A stretch of 64,000 bases of DNA from NCBI RefSeq assembly GCF_048593235.1, contig NC_133621.1, forward strand, positions 219,873,238 through 219,937,237, written 5' to 3'. Below, in pieces: positions 1 to 10,769 of the stretch (position 1 is the first letter of the stretch; each line of letters begins with the position of its first letter). Under the pieces are notes generated by a model. The model had not been told where the DNA came from. It did no database searches and saw nothing but the letters and a program-made list of their open reading frames with translations. The stretch is from Sminthopsis crassicaudata. Lineage: Eukaryota. The position numbers and the translations under genes are program-made.

Positions 1-958
1 TTCCCTGTGTGGCCCCTGGGGTTCTGGATCTCTCTTCCCCACCTGAGTCTAAGAACCCTGGGAATCCAAAGTCTCCCTGATGGGTTCAGTATTTCTGTCA
101 TTATGTCCCTTGCAGTCCGATTCAGGAGATTGCTCTGATTGAATCTAAGGTCCTTCAGATCTCAGCCACAATATGCCATACTTCTGATTCCAAGAGAGCT
201 GCCATTGCTATTGGAACTAGAAGGGGATCCTTGGCTTTGTGACCTCCTCTATAGAATGTGCTTGAATGGTGATAGAAATGTGTGGAGCTGTTAATGTTTC
301 TACAGCTGTTATCATTTCTCTGTCTGTTTTGGGAAGTCTAGGTGCTCCCACTAATCTTTCTTTACTTTTGCCTCTTTATGAATTTGACAGAGGCAGTAGA
401 AAGAGAGATTGGGGATTCAACTATCACATAGTAAGTGATGATAGGCAATTTCTTGGCTAAAAAAAAAAATCAATGAATAATATTTTTAAGTGACTATGAT
501 GTGCGAGGCATTGTGTTAAATGCTTTGTACAAATAGAGGCAAGAAACAGTTCTATTCTCAAGGAGCTTACAGTCTAATAAGGGAGACAACATGTAAACAA
601 ATAAACAAAGCAAGCAATATAGAGGATAAATAGAAAGGAATCAACAAGATGAAAGCACTGGAATTAAGATGGGTTGAGGAAGGTTTCCTGTAGAGGGTAG
701 AATTTTAGTTGGATCAGAGCAGGTTAAGAAGAGTATTCAGGGCTTGGGGGACAGCCAGAGAGAATTCTGGGAAAAACAACAACTTCCTAGCTTTGTCTTT
801 CTATGGATAGATGTCATCCCAACATCTGGTTCATACTTCAGGTATTTTTCTGCTTTCCACAAGGGCATAAAAGAGGAAAAAAATACCCATAACAAGAAAA
901 AAGAAACTTTTTTTTTTCTTCAATATCTGAGGCACAGTATTTGAGAGTTTTTGGAGTT

Positions 959-1095
959 AGGGGTAGCTAGATGGCGTAGTGGATCGATTCAGGAGGACCC
1001 GAGTTCAAATCTAATCTCAGACACTTAACACTTCCCAGCTGTGTGACCCTGGGGAAGTCACTTAACCCCAGCCTCAGGGAAAAAAAAAAAAAAAA
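959..1095 (+). mobile_element. WSINE1-like tRNA-derived CORE SINE with poly(A) tail
   Basis: Head GGGTAGCTAGATGGCGTAGTGG, B-box GAGTTCAAATC, core AGCTGTGTGACCCTGGG.AAGTCACTTAAC and an A-tail. 13-bp TSD AGTTTTTGGAGTT at 946-958 and 1096-1108. Confidence 0.85.
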
Positions 1096-1144
1096 AGTTT
1101 TTGGAGTTGAATTGAATTGATTAGCACCACTTTTCAGTAGATTA

Positions 1145-1758
1145 GTACCCAATTGAAATTAGTACTTCATTGAAAAGTGAGAGGGAAGGAGTAAGCTAAG
1201 GGGAAAGGAATACAGAAATTGTGAGAAAAGGGGGTAAAATAGGAAGAGGAACTTTAAGGTGGGGGAGGGATCCTAAAAAGGGAGGGCTGTGAAAAGCAAG
1301 TGGTGCTCACAAGTTTAATACTGGGTAGGGGGGTAAGAGGGAAGGAAAGGAGAAAAGCATAAGCAGGGGTTAACAGGATGGCAAACAATATAGAATTAGT
1401 CATTCTAACCATAAATGTGAATGGGGTAAACTCCCTCATAAAGAGGAAGCAGTTAGCAGACTGGATTAAAAGCCAGAATCCTACTATATGTTGTTTATAG
1501 GAAACACACCTGAAATAGGGTGATACATTCAAAATAAAAGTAAAAGGGTGGAGCAGAATCTACTATGCTTCAGGTGAAGCCAAAACAAAAATTGATCTAA
1601 TTAAAAGAGATAAGGAAAGACATTATATCCTGCTAAAGGGTAGCATAGATAATGAAGCAGTATCAATATTAAACATATATGCACCAAGTGGTGCAGCATC
1701 TAAATTCTTAAAAGAGAAATTAAGAGAGCTGCAAAAAGAAATAGCAAAACTATAATAT
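1145..1758 (+). mobile_element. L1 internal fragment (inter-ORF spacer plus start of ORF2 endonuclease)
   Basis: Near-collinear with the reverse complement of ~34400-34990 of the full-length L1 in this window (ATGGCAAACAATATAGAATTAGTC..., ICCL.ETHLK). It has a small internal deletion near 1545. Confidence 0.85.
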
Positions 1759-4260
1759 TGGTGGTTGGGAAAATCCTCTGTGTCAGGGTGGTAATATGAT
1801 GGACTGAGGAGAGGTCTCAATTACTCCCTCTTTCTGGCCCCCATTCTTGTATAGGTGAGGGCTATTCTTTCCCAGTTCTTCCTTTTTTTGTCTCCTACTT
1901 GAAACACACTTAGTAATTCAATGGCAAATGATCTTTTCTTAGAGAAACTAGTTTATTTTAAACACAAAAAGCAAACCGTAAAGAAAGAACTCTTTAAAAA
2001 AAAAATTCAACACATTTTATTAATTCTAAAATAAAAACAAATATAAATCCACATTTCACATTTCTTTTCTTGGTATTCCAATAAAACATAGGTTTAAATT
2101 GCTTAAATGTTTCCAACTTTCTCATATATTAATAGTGTTACTCAGTTACTTAGAGTAGCAATATATTAGCATAAAAAGGATTTATTATCTCTATTCCTCC
2201 TTTTAAATTGGTCTTTGCTAAAGATTGTAACTTTTTTAGATGGTCATTCTTGCTATCATCCACTGTGCTGATCAATCCCATATGTATTACATAGTATTTA
2301 ATAGTGACATGCTATCTCAGTTGACAATCTCCATTTCAGTCATCACATATTTCTTTGATTTTTTTTTCTTTCTCCTTCCATTTTCTTTTTCTTCTTTTGT
2401 TCTATATGAACCTGAAGAAAATGTCCTCATATGGGATTTATTTTAGCAATGAGTTATTCCTTCTGATTAAGATTTCAGATTTTCCATTTTAATTATGCTT
2501 TTTTTTTTTATATCTGGCAAATGTTTCAAGGTCTTTGTCAAAGTTTTAACACTGTTGAAAGGTAACCTTAGAAATAGCTAAGGTTACTTTGAACTACATC
2601 TCTTTGTCAGTTGATAGAATGAGACAACAGTGCAGTGAAATGCATTCTGATATTCAGGGTGAATGAGACGGGCTGCTTATGCTCTTCCTTGTCTTTATCC
2701 TTGTTCTCATCTTCCTCCTTCACTTCCTCCTTCTTCTTTTTCTGCTCCCCTTTTTGCTCCATGGTAGCAGAGACAACTGCATATTCCTAAAAAGAACGTT
2801 TAAGAGACAAAGACAGGAAACCCTGTTTCTTCAAGAGAGAAAAGAATTATCAGATCTGTCCTTAGCATCAGGAACGATTTTTCGACTCTACATTTTTTTC
2901 TGTGTTTCCTGCATTGTAGAATTAGGATTATTATCTTTGTCTTAGTATCTTAGCTTTTTACTTCCTTGACAATTTGCTGGCAGTGGTGGTGGCTGTAGCT
3001 GGCACCTGCTGTGGCAGGAAGGTCCCAGCACTACTGCTGCTGGAGGTATCCTCTCTTCCCTCTTGTCCTGAATTCTGTTCCTTTTACTCTCAGGTAGCCA
3101 GTGAGTCAGCTTATGGTGGAATGGTGGCTATGATCATCTTCAGGTTCCCAGCACAGCTGTTAAGCTGTTATACCATCTGTCTGCCAGGCCCATTGCCAGC
3201 TTGTCCTGCACGAAATTAAAAAATACTCAGTTTACATTCTTAAGGGTAATGTGGGGTTGGGGCTAGATAAGAAGGCTTGCTTATCAATCAAATTCTGGCT
3301 CTTTGGTCTGTGTGAGTGTTAACTACTTAAAGGCTGACGGGAGGAAAACTAGGTAATATCCATCTTGAACAGAGGGTATACATCTTCAGAATCCATGTCT
3401 CTTTAGCATCCTGTAAGAGTATCTACCTAAGACTCACTGGATAAGATTTGAGTGTGTTATTTGCCTCTTTCTGGACCTCTCTGGACGTCTGTTTCTCTCC
3501 AGACTTGACACATTCCCTCCATCCCCTAATCCTTTTGGTGAAGTTGGGTTGACAGAGATGAGACTGAGTTATCTCTTGACAGAGCTCTATACCTGCATTG
3601 TAGGGAGTCCCCATGGGATATAGTAAACCAGGGAACCACATGAGAATGACTGCTAGCAGCAATTGACTCTAACAGGGGCTCTGAGAGGGACACCCATAGG
3701 GATTATATCTGAAGCTTAAAGTTTCCCCCATTATTTCTCTTTTTCTTGTGCCTCACTCTGTCTATCTCAGTGTTCCTCTGGTTCTTCTTCTTTTTTTTTT
3801 TTTTTAAACTCTCCCCTTGCTTCTCTTTCTCTTTTTATCTTTCTCTTCTCCTCTTTCCACTTTCTCTCCCCTCTTTTCTTCTCTCTTTCCCCCTCTTCTC
3901 ATAATATTTCTCTATGTCTGTCTGTATCTGTTCCCATTTTTAGTTTAATGCTGAAAGACTGAGGTTCCCCCCCTCCTAGAATCCAGGGTTTTATGAGGTG
4001 GAAGGGACTCACATTGATATTATATACAGCTAGATCCCATTTTACTTTTGATAAGTCAAAAAAATCATTTATGTTATAGTTTTCTTAGAAAGGACATTCT
4101 AATATTATACTGCTTATTCATCACTATCTCCACACTTGGGATGTTCTTGTCTTCTCTAATCTGGATCTCTCTTGCTGCAGCAGTTTATCTACTTCTTTCT
4201 CTTCTTTGGGATTATTAACAATTTTCCTTTGGTTCTGTACCCAGATGCAGATTTAAAAAC

Positions 4261-5190
4261 ATGGATGATGATAATGGGACAGCAGTGACTGAGTTCATTT
4301 TGTTGGGATTCTCAGATTTGGGGGTTTACCAGAGCACTCTCTTTTTGGGAGTGCTCTTTGTCTACTTGGTCACCTTGTTGGGTAACTCCTTGATCATCAC
4401 CCTTACCCTGTTGGACCCAGTCCTGAACACTCCCATGTACTTTTTCCTTCGACATCTCTCTCTGATAGAGATTCTCTACACTATGACTATTGTACCCAGG
4501 ATGCTGACTGATCTGCTTTTCTCCCATCCTGCCATCTCTCCTGCCAGCTGCTTCACCCAAATGTATTTCTTTGCCCTCTTTGGCATTGCTGAATGCTGTG
4601 TGCTCACTGCCATGGCCTATGACCGTTATGCTGCCATTTGTCAGCCCCTGCACTATGCCATGCTGATGAACCGGCAGGCATGTGTGGGTATGGTGGGTGC
4701 TTCTTATCTAATGGGCATCACTACAAGCACTACCCACTCCATATTCATCTTTACCTTGCCCTTCCATGGCACCAACATTGTTCACCACTTCCTATGTGAC
4801 GTTTTGCCTGTTTTGAGACTGGCAAGTGGAGACACATTCTGGGGTGAGGTTGGGAATCTTGTTGTCACCCTGCTCTTTATCATTACTCCCTTTGCACTGA
4901 TTTTGTTTTCCTATGTTCGCATCCTCATTACCATCCTTGGGGTTGCCTCTGCTCAGGGACGGCAAAAAGTCTTCTCTACTTGCTCTTCCCACCTATTGGT
5001 GGTCACACTTTTCTTTGGGACTGCAATTCTAACCTACATGAAACCTGGAACCAATGAAACTGGGGACACAGATCAAGTTCTTTCCCTTTTTTACACAGTT
5101 GTAACTCCCATGCTCAACCCTTTTATCTATACTCTGAGGAACAAGGAGGTGATGGGAGCCCTGAGGCGTAAATTAACAAAACACCTTTGA
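4261..5190 (+). CDS. Olfactory receptor, family 10 (OR10P-like), intact, 309 aa
   Basis: Single-exon ORF with OR motifs GN (TM1), LNTPMYFFL, MAYDRYAAICQPLHY, KVFSTCSSHL and [12 protein letters not shown]. Features such as HFLCDVLPVLRLAS and D.VLSLFYTV.TP recall OR10P1. A polypyrimidine tract with AG acceptor lies at ~4222-4250. Confidence 0.95.
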   Translation: MDDDNGTAVTEFILLGFSDLGVYQSTLFLGVLFVYLVTLLGNSLIITLTLLDPVLNTPMYFFLRHLSLIEILYTMTIVPRMLTDLLFSHPAISPASCFTQMYFFALFGIAECCVLTAMAYDRYAAICQPLHYAMLMNRQACVGMVGASYLMGITTSTTHSIFIFTLPFHGTNIVHHFLCDVLPVLRLASGDTFWGEVGNLVVTLLFIITPFALILFSYVRILITILGVASAQGRQKVFSTCSSHLLVVTLFFGTAILTYMKPGTNETGDTDQVLSLFYTVVTPMLNPFIYTLRNKEVMGALRRKLTKHL

Positions 5191-7682
5191 AGTCTTTGCC
5201 TGGTCCAGATTTTTGGTGAGTTGGGAGTTGTTCCCTGATTTTTATTTTCTTTTACTTTTATATTTTTCAACTATCAAACATTTGTTCTTCCACCCCCTTG
5301 CCTTGCACTAAGGAAAAAAGAAAAGCAAAATCTTTGCTATAATACATACAATACATAAAAAAAATACTCCTTTATCAATTTTGCCCAGAAATGTCTCTTC
5401 TGCATATTTAATGTTCTTCCCTATTATGATCTGATCTTTGTCAAAGGCGGAAACCCCTAGACCTTTTGATCAGCAGGGGGATTCCTAGAGATTTTTAATT
5501 AAGATGCCCTTGGTCTTTTAGAAGGGAATCCTATCTTTTCTGAAGGTCCCAGTAATTGAATGTATTTTTCATCTGAGATCCTGACCTGGTACCTGTTTTC
5601 AGGTTTGTGCGTCAAGTGGAGGCTGGATGAGCACATTTGGAGGGATGTTCAGATATGGATTAGGAAATTAATGTTTGAAGGAAATAAATACTGGGAAATC
5701 TCCAAGTATAAAGTAGTTGGGGTGGAGGAGGCTGTGAACTGGACCTCCTTAAGTTTACTTTTAACATTGAGATTTTATATTATTTGGAGGTTTATTATAT
5801 CTATTATGTTAATAATATTAGTATGTGCTGAGTCTAATATTGCAGTCTGATAGTGATTCACATGGATTAAGGGACATAGATGTGAATGATTTAGTGTGAT
5901 TATGATATACCAGCTTTATACCTCAGGATTTGGGACCCCTTCCTGCACTAGAATCTTGAAGTGCACTCTTCCCCTTCCTTGGTAGTAAGCCATTCCACTG
6001 GCTATGTTCAGTACCAGTAACTACTTTAGTGATAAGAACTATCAGAGAATAAATCTATAAAAGTTTGAAGTTACCAAGGGTAAGGAGTATTCAGATCAGT
6101 TTAACAAGTATTATGTGCTTACTCTGCAAAGTTACACACGTGACATTTTACAAGACACAAATGTAACAGGTCCTCCTTTAAGGAACTTAGATTTTACTGG
6201 AGGAATGATCTAAATTAGATGTCTAGTTTAGATCACACTTCCCTATAGCTGCTTCTGTCTCCAGCATTTGTTCACCTCCTATCCCCATCTTAGGCTAAGT
6301 TTTTCCTGAGATCCTTTTAGAATCATTAACTCCACCAGGTTCTGAGTCCTACTCTTGAGCTTGAATGGATGTACAGCCTGTTTTTAGATCCCTTGTTTCT
6401 GGAATCAGCAGATCAAATGACACCTCAAAGCAAGGGCAACAGTAATGCACTAAGAAAGCAATGAAAATTAAAATGACTTGAGAACAGCCCTGAAAATGAA
6501 GAATAGTTTCAGAAGGGGTATGAGACAGTAAGAGATACAAATGTAGAAGCTTAATGGCACACAAAAATTTCTGGATTATACAGGAGATGATGAGATTAAA
6601 GCTATCAAAGGACAAGTAACTACTCTCTATATGTGTAAGAGAAAAAAAGATGGAGAAAAGGTAAAGATCAGGGTCATAGAGGAGACAATGAAATGGGAAG
6701 CCAATTATATTTGAGGGGTATAAACATGTATATTGAAGTCTCCCTAAAGGGGCTGCTAGGTGGCACAATAGTCCAGCAGTCTGGAGGATTTGATTTCAAA
6801 CTGTGGATTCAAACAGTTACTAGCTATATGACCCTGAGCAAGTCACTTAACTCCAATTTTTCCAAAAAGAAAAGACATCTGTGAGCCTGACAAATAATCT
6901 GAAGGGTCAGTAAATCACCACCAGAATCTCTATAGGACGGTATATTTAGATAGGGCAAAGTGAGTTAGATATAGAGATTAGGTCAGATCTGCTGATTCTA
7001 GAACCCTGCTACAAATTTGGGATAAAACTCTGGGCCAGGAATCAGCAAGATCTGAATTCAGATGTGATCTCAGATACTTATTAGCTGAATGATTCAGATC
7101 AAATCACTTTACCAGTCTCAAGCTCCTATGTGTAAGGATTATATTAGCACCTACCTCAGGGTTATTGTGAGATAATAATTATTATATCCTGGCTGGATCC
7201 CATGGCTGCCTAGTAATCTTTACTCTTCCCTGATTGATTGGTGCACTTTTTATTTTAAGCCTTTTCTTATTTCTTCAAGTCATTGATATTATCCTACCCT
7301 TTTCTTCTAAGCAGATTTTGTTTCATATTCTACCAATAAAAGACAATTTTTGTGATCTCCCTTTCATTTCTAATCCTACATCTCAAGTACCCTTAACATT
7401 TCATTCTTTCTTGCAATCTCAGGGACAAAGCTAATTACTGATCACATCCCCTGCAAACTCGCATGGAAGCTTGCATTTTTAAATTATACTATCTTTCTAA
7501 TCTCCAATTTCTTTTTATCCAGTTTACTTCCTTGATACATGCAAAAATGCTTACAAACTCCTTTAAAAAACAAAACAACTTATTGTGGCATTAAAAAAAC
7601 AAACTACTATACTACAAGTTTTCTGCTTTTGATAAATTCCTTAGGGGGGGGAAAAACCCGTCTTTATTTTCTCACAACCTCA

Positions 7683-7711
7683 TTTTTTTTTTAAAGAAAC
7701 AAACTTTTATT
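7683..7711 (-). promoter_or_regulatory. Poly(A) signal plus A10 tract (putative retroposition poly(A) remnant or 3' end of the C9orf78 copy)
   Basis: Minus-strand AATAAA (7711-7706) is followed 13 nt later by A10 (7692-7683), about 110 nt past the stop. A second AATAAA lies at ~7668-7663. Confidence 0.55.
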
Positions 7712-7822
7712 TCTCTGATTTTTTACATTGCAATTTGTGTTTGACAAAAAAATAAAATCTCTGCAAAAACAAAAGAACCCCCAAACTCCAAAACAAAACC
7801 CTCTCCACTTTCCAGCTTGATA

Positions 7823-8689
7823 TCAATAGCGTCTGTTCATTTTCTTAAACTTCTCATAATGATAATCATCAGTTGCTTTTTCGTTGGGGGGGCGCTTGCG
7901 ATTCGGAGGCGACCTCTCGGCTTCCGGCTTCTCGGTATCTCCCACCCGGAGGGGTCGAGTTTTCGGCTCTTCCTTGTGCCTCCGGACTGGGGCGTGGAGC
8001 TCTTCATGATAAAAGCGGTTGTGCTGCACGTAGTTCACAGCCATGTTCGTGGGAACAAAAGAGGTTTCGCTGTCTTTCTTTTTGTTCCGCTGCTCGGCCA
8101 GCAGCCGGGCTTTGGCATCCTCGGTCGAAATGATATTTTTTATTTTTGCCTCAATGCCTAAATCCACTTCGGGGATGCCGCTCAGCATTTGGTTGGACAG
8201 CATCTCCTCCGTTTTCTTGGCGGACGAGACCCGGATGCTCTCGGGGAGCTCGTAGAGACAGTCTTCGGCATTCTTCAGCTTTACTTTCTGCTCCTCGTTT
8301 TCCACGATCCCTTTCCTCTTCTTGAGTTCCGTCTCTATGTACTTCATCATGTCGGCGTCCTCATCCCTCCGGTTGGTTTCGGCCGAAAATGATGTTCCTA
8401 AGTTGAGATCCTCCTCTTCGCTGATTCTGTCCTTGTTTCTTTCCTTAAGTTTCTTCATGTCCACCATTCCACCGGTCTTCACCTGAAAGGGATCGTCCAC
8501 CAGGGCCGTCTCTTCCTGCACTTTCTCCCCAACCAGGAGGGCTACTGCACTCACCCCGTTAGGTCGCCTCCTCAAGCTCTGAACTTCTTTGGTTTCCTCC
8601 AGTTTCAGCCGGACCTCCTCGCTGTCCTGCTCGTCCGACTCCGACTCCGAGTCGGCGCGGCGCCTGCGGAAGGTCTTACCTGCCCGCAT
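7823..8689 (-). CDS. C9orf78: C9orf78 homolog (splicing factor C9orf78 / Tls1 homolog), intact intronless retrocopy, 288 aa
   Basis: The translation matches vertebrate C9orf78 end to end as recalled (EEVRLKLEET.EVQ.LR.RPNGVSAVALLVGEKVQEE, GTSFSAETNRRDEDADMMKYIETELKKRKG, MLSNQMLSGIPEVDLGI, TNMAVNYVQHNRFY, KATDDYHYEKFKKMNRRY*). There are no introns, stops or frameshifts, and there is an A at Kozak -3. Confidence 0.97.
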   Translation of the reverse strand: MRAGKTFRRRRADSESESDEQDSEEVRLKLEETKEVQSLRRRPNGVSAVALLVGEKVQEETALVDDPFQVKTGGMVDMKKLKERNKDRISEEEDLNLGTSFSAETNRRDEDADMMKYIETELKKRKGIVENEEQKVKLKNAEDCLYELPESIRVSSAKKTEEMLSNQMLSGIPEVDLGIEAKIKNIISTEDAKARLLAEQRNKKKDSETSFVPTNMAVNYVQHNRFYHEELHAPVRRHKEEPKTRPLRVGDTEKPEAERSPPNRKRPPNEKATDDYHYEKFKKMNRRY

Positions 8690-9040
8690 GATTCCCCGCG
8701 CTCGGGATTCCCTCAGGGGCCGCAGCAGGGAAGCCTCTCACCCTCTCCGACCAGGGCACTAGGTCCTAGGTCCTAACAGGGGCTGGTGACTAGTTCCGGC
8801 GCAGGCGAGTGAGGTCAGAGGGCGCGCAGCGGCCCGTCCTGGGGGTGGGCTCTCGTGGGGGGTGCGCTCCCTCCAGCCCCTCCCGCCGCCCCCACTGACT
8901 GGGAAAGGCGGTGAGAGGGTGGGGGGCAGGGAGGAGTCCTCCCGCACGGCCTCCCGGAAGCTCCGCCCATAGCCCGTCTAGGTGAATGTGGTTGGGCAAC
9001 TTCGGCTCCGGGGCCGAATAGGGAAGCGCCTGTCCTTTAC
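8690..9040 (-). promoter_or_regulatory. CpG-island promoter of the C9orf78 retrogene (island extends ~7830-9600)
   Basis: GC- and CpG-rich and TATA-less. Contains ETS-like TTCCGG (~8794) and CCGGAAG (~8955), NRF1-like GCGCAGGCG (~8799) and GC-boxes CCGCCC (~8886, ~8964). Confidence 0.75.
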
Positions 9041-9075
9041 TTTCCAAACTTTTAATGTTGATTGTTTGTCCTCTG

Positions 9076-9333
9076 GTTGTTTGTCCGTTCTGGAAGAGGA
9101 CCATGACATCAGGGAGGGGATGCCATGACATGCAAGTGAATTGGATTTCATTAAGGAAGGCTGTGCAGGTCACCTCCCCTCCAGAGCCCTCTGGGTCCAG
9201 TGGCCAGATATAGATCAAGCGACTGGAGATGGGCTTAATGAAACGGGAGACCTTCGTCTCTTTAAGCTAAGGTCTTCAACAGGTCTCCCTTTGGCAGAGG
9301 CCGCCCCATTCAGTGGTTAAGGCTGGGTAGCAA
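9076..9333 (-). mobile_element. Marsupial RTE-dependent SINE (WALLSI/RTESINE/MAR class)
   Basis: Recognisable consensus GTTGTTTGTCC..GAAGAGGACCATGACATCAGGGAG..GCCATGACATGCAAGTGAATTGGATTT..CCCATTCAGTG.TTAAGGCT. Strand inferred from the (AAC) tail. Confidence 0.7.
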
Positions 9334-10604
9334 TCTGGGCAAAGAAGCTCCTCTTTCACCTAGTCTCCTCCCCTCCGCAACCTACATAAATACATCTCGG
9401 AAGGGAAGACCTGCGGGGTTTCCGGCCAAAGCCGAAAAGACCGCTATTTACCTTCAAACTGAAACTGCTTTCTCCAAGGCTACCAAGTGTGGATCGCTGA
9501 GCCCAAATCTTAGTGTTCTCTCTGCAGCTCTGGATACAGCAGACTACGACTCCTGCGCGTTCTCCTTGAGAATAGATGACTCCTGGACGTTTCTTCGACC
9601 TAGAAAGTTGGTTCTCTTCCAGAAAGAGGGACAAACTTAGAAAATTGCTGCTTCTTAGTCTTTTTGTTGTATCCTCATTCATATCTCTGTCCTATGAATG
9701 GATATACCTCCAGCATCTGACCCAGGGATTCTTTCTCTCTCTCTTTTTTTTAAGGCAATTGCGATTAAATGATTTGCCCAGAATCACACTGTCCCAGGTC
9801 TTCTTTCTTTTTTCTAAACTCTTTTTTTTTTTTGGGGGGGGGGTGATCTCATAACTCCTAAGAGATTAAGGATCATTTCTAGTCAGACGATTCTCTCTCC
9901 TGCTACTGGAGACTTGCATTTGAATGCCTCAGAGGCATCCCATAGTCAATAATTCCAAAACAGAATTCACTTTTCTATTCTTATAAGCCAATTTTTCTTC
10001 TATTTTTGTTGAGGATTCCTTTATCTTTCTATGTTTGAAACCTCTGAGTCATCCTTAGCCCTTTTCTCCTTGTGACTCATATCAATCAATCACCTAGGCT
10101 TGTTGAATCTGTCTCTAAGATAGTATCCGTGCCTATCTCTTTCTTGATCATTACTCTAGTTCAGACTTCACCTTTTTTGGTGGGCTATTGCAATGCTTAT
10201 CTAATCAGTAACAATAATAACATAATTATTTAACTAGATTCCTTGTTTTTAGCCTCTCTCCTCATGAATCTGTTTGCACACCACTGCTAAGTTAAAATCT
10301 CTGAAATACAAGTTTTTTTTAATTCTATTTTGGTGGGTAATCAGAGTTAAGTTAAGGGCAATGTCTGAGACATAATTTGAACTCAGATCCTCTTGACTCC
10401 AGGCCTAGTGTTCTAGCCATTACACCATCTAGCTGTCTTGAGACACAGTTTTGAGCATGTCACTCCTCTGTTTAAAAACTTTTAGTGGCTCCCTGTTATT
10501 TCTGGGATAAAAAACTCATGTGTTTGGTATTTAAAGCCTTTGACAATATGGCTCCAGCCTATTTTTCTAGACTGAATACACATTGCTCCCTATCATGAAC
10601 TCTT

Positions 10605-10769
10605 TTTTTTTTTTTTTTTTAATTTAAATTTTTGCTGAGACAATTGGCATTAAGTGACTTGCCCAGGGTCACACAGCTAGGAAGTGTTAAATGTCTGAGA
10701 CCAGATTTGAACTGAGGTCCTCCTGACTTCAAGGCTGGTGCTCTATCCACAGGGCCACTTAGCTGCCCC
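10605..10769 (-). mobile_element. WSINE1-like SINE, full length
   Basis: Reverse-complement SINE head and core with a T-run. TSD TATCATGAACTCTT at 10591-10604 and 10770-10783. Confidence 0.9.

Noticed and set aside
2679-3219. Hydrophobic short ORFs of 81-88 aa
   Set aside because: Derived from pyrimidine-rich low-complexity sequence with no family motifs.
3245-3720. Possible old LTR or OR 5' UTR exons upstream of the OR10P-like gene
   Set aside because: No termini, TSD, second copy or strong splice-site pair that I can support.
4245-4256. Tiny uORF (ATG CAG ATT TAA) before the OR10P-like ATG
   Set aside because: Its inclusion depends on which of two AGs (4244 or 4250) is used, and uATGs are common in OR 5' UTRs.
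7817-8392. Plus-strand ORFs antisense to C9orf78 (7817, 7873, 8043, 8189)
   Set aside because: Expected by-products of a GC-rich coding strand with no recognisable homology. The same applies to antisense ORFs over the ORs and L1.
7660-8760. Target-site duplication for the C9orf78 retrocopy
   Set aside because: I looked for the sequence after the A-tract (TGAGGTTGTGAG) upstream of the ATG and found only a 6-nt partial match (TCTCAC at ~8737), which is not convincing.
8790-9218. 142-aa minus-strand ORF upstream of C9orf78
   Set aside because: It starts inside a SINE and runs through GC-rich promoter DNA, with no protein similarity. The likely TSS is downstream of its ATG.
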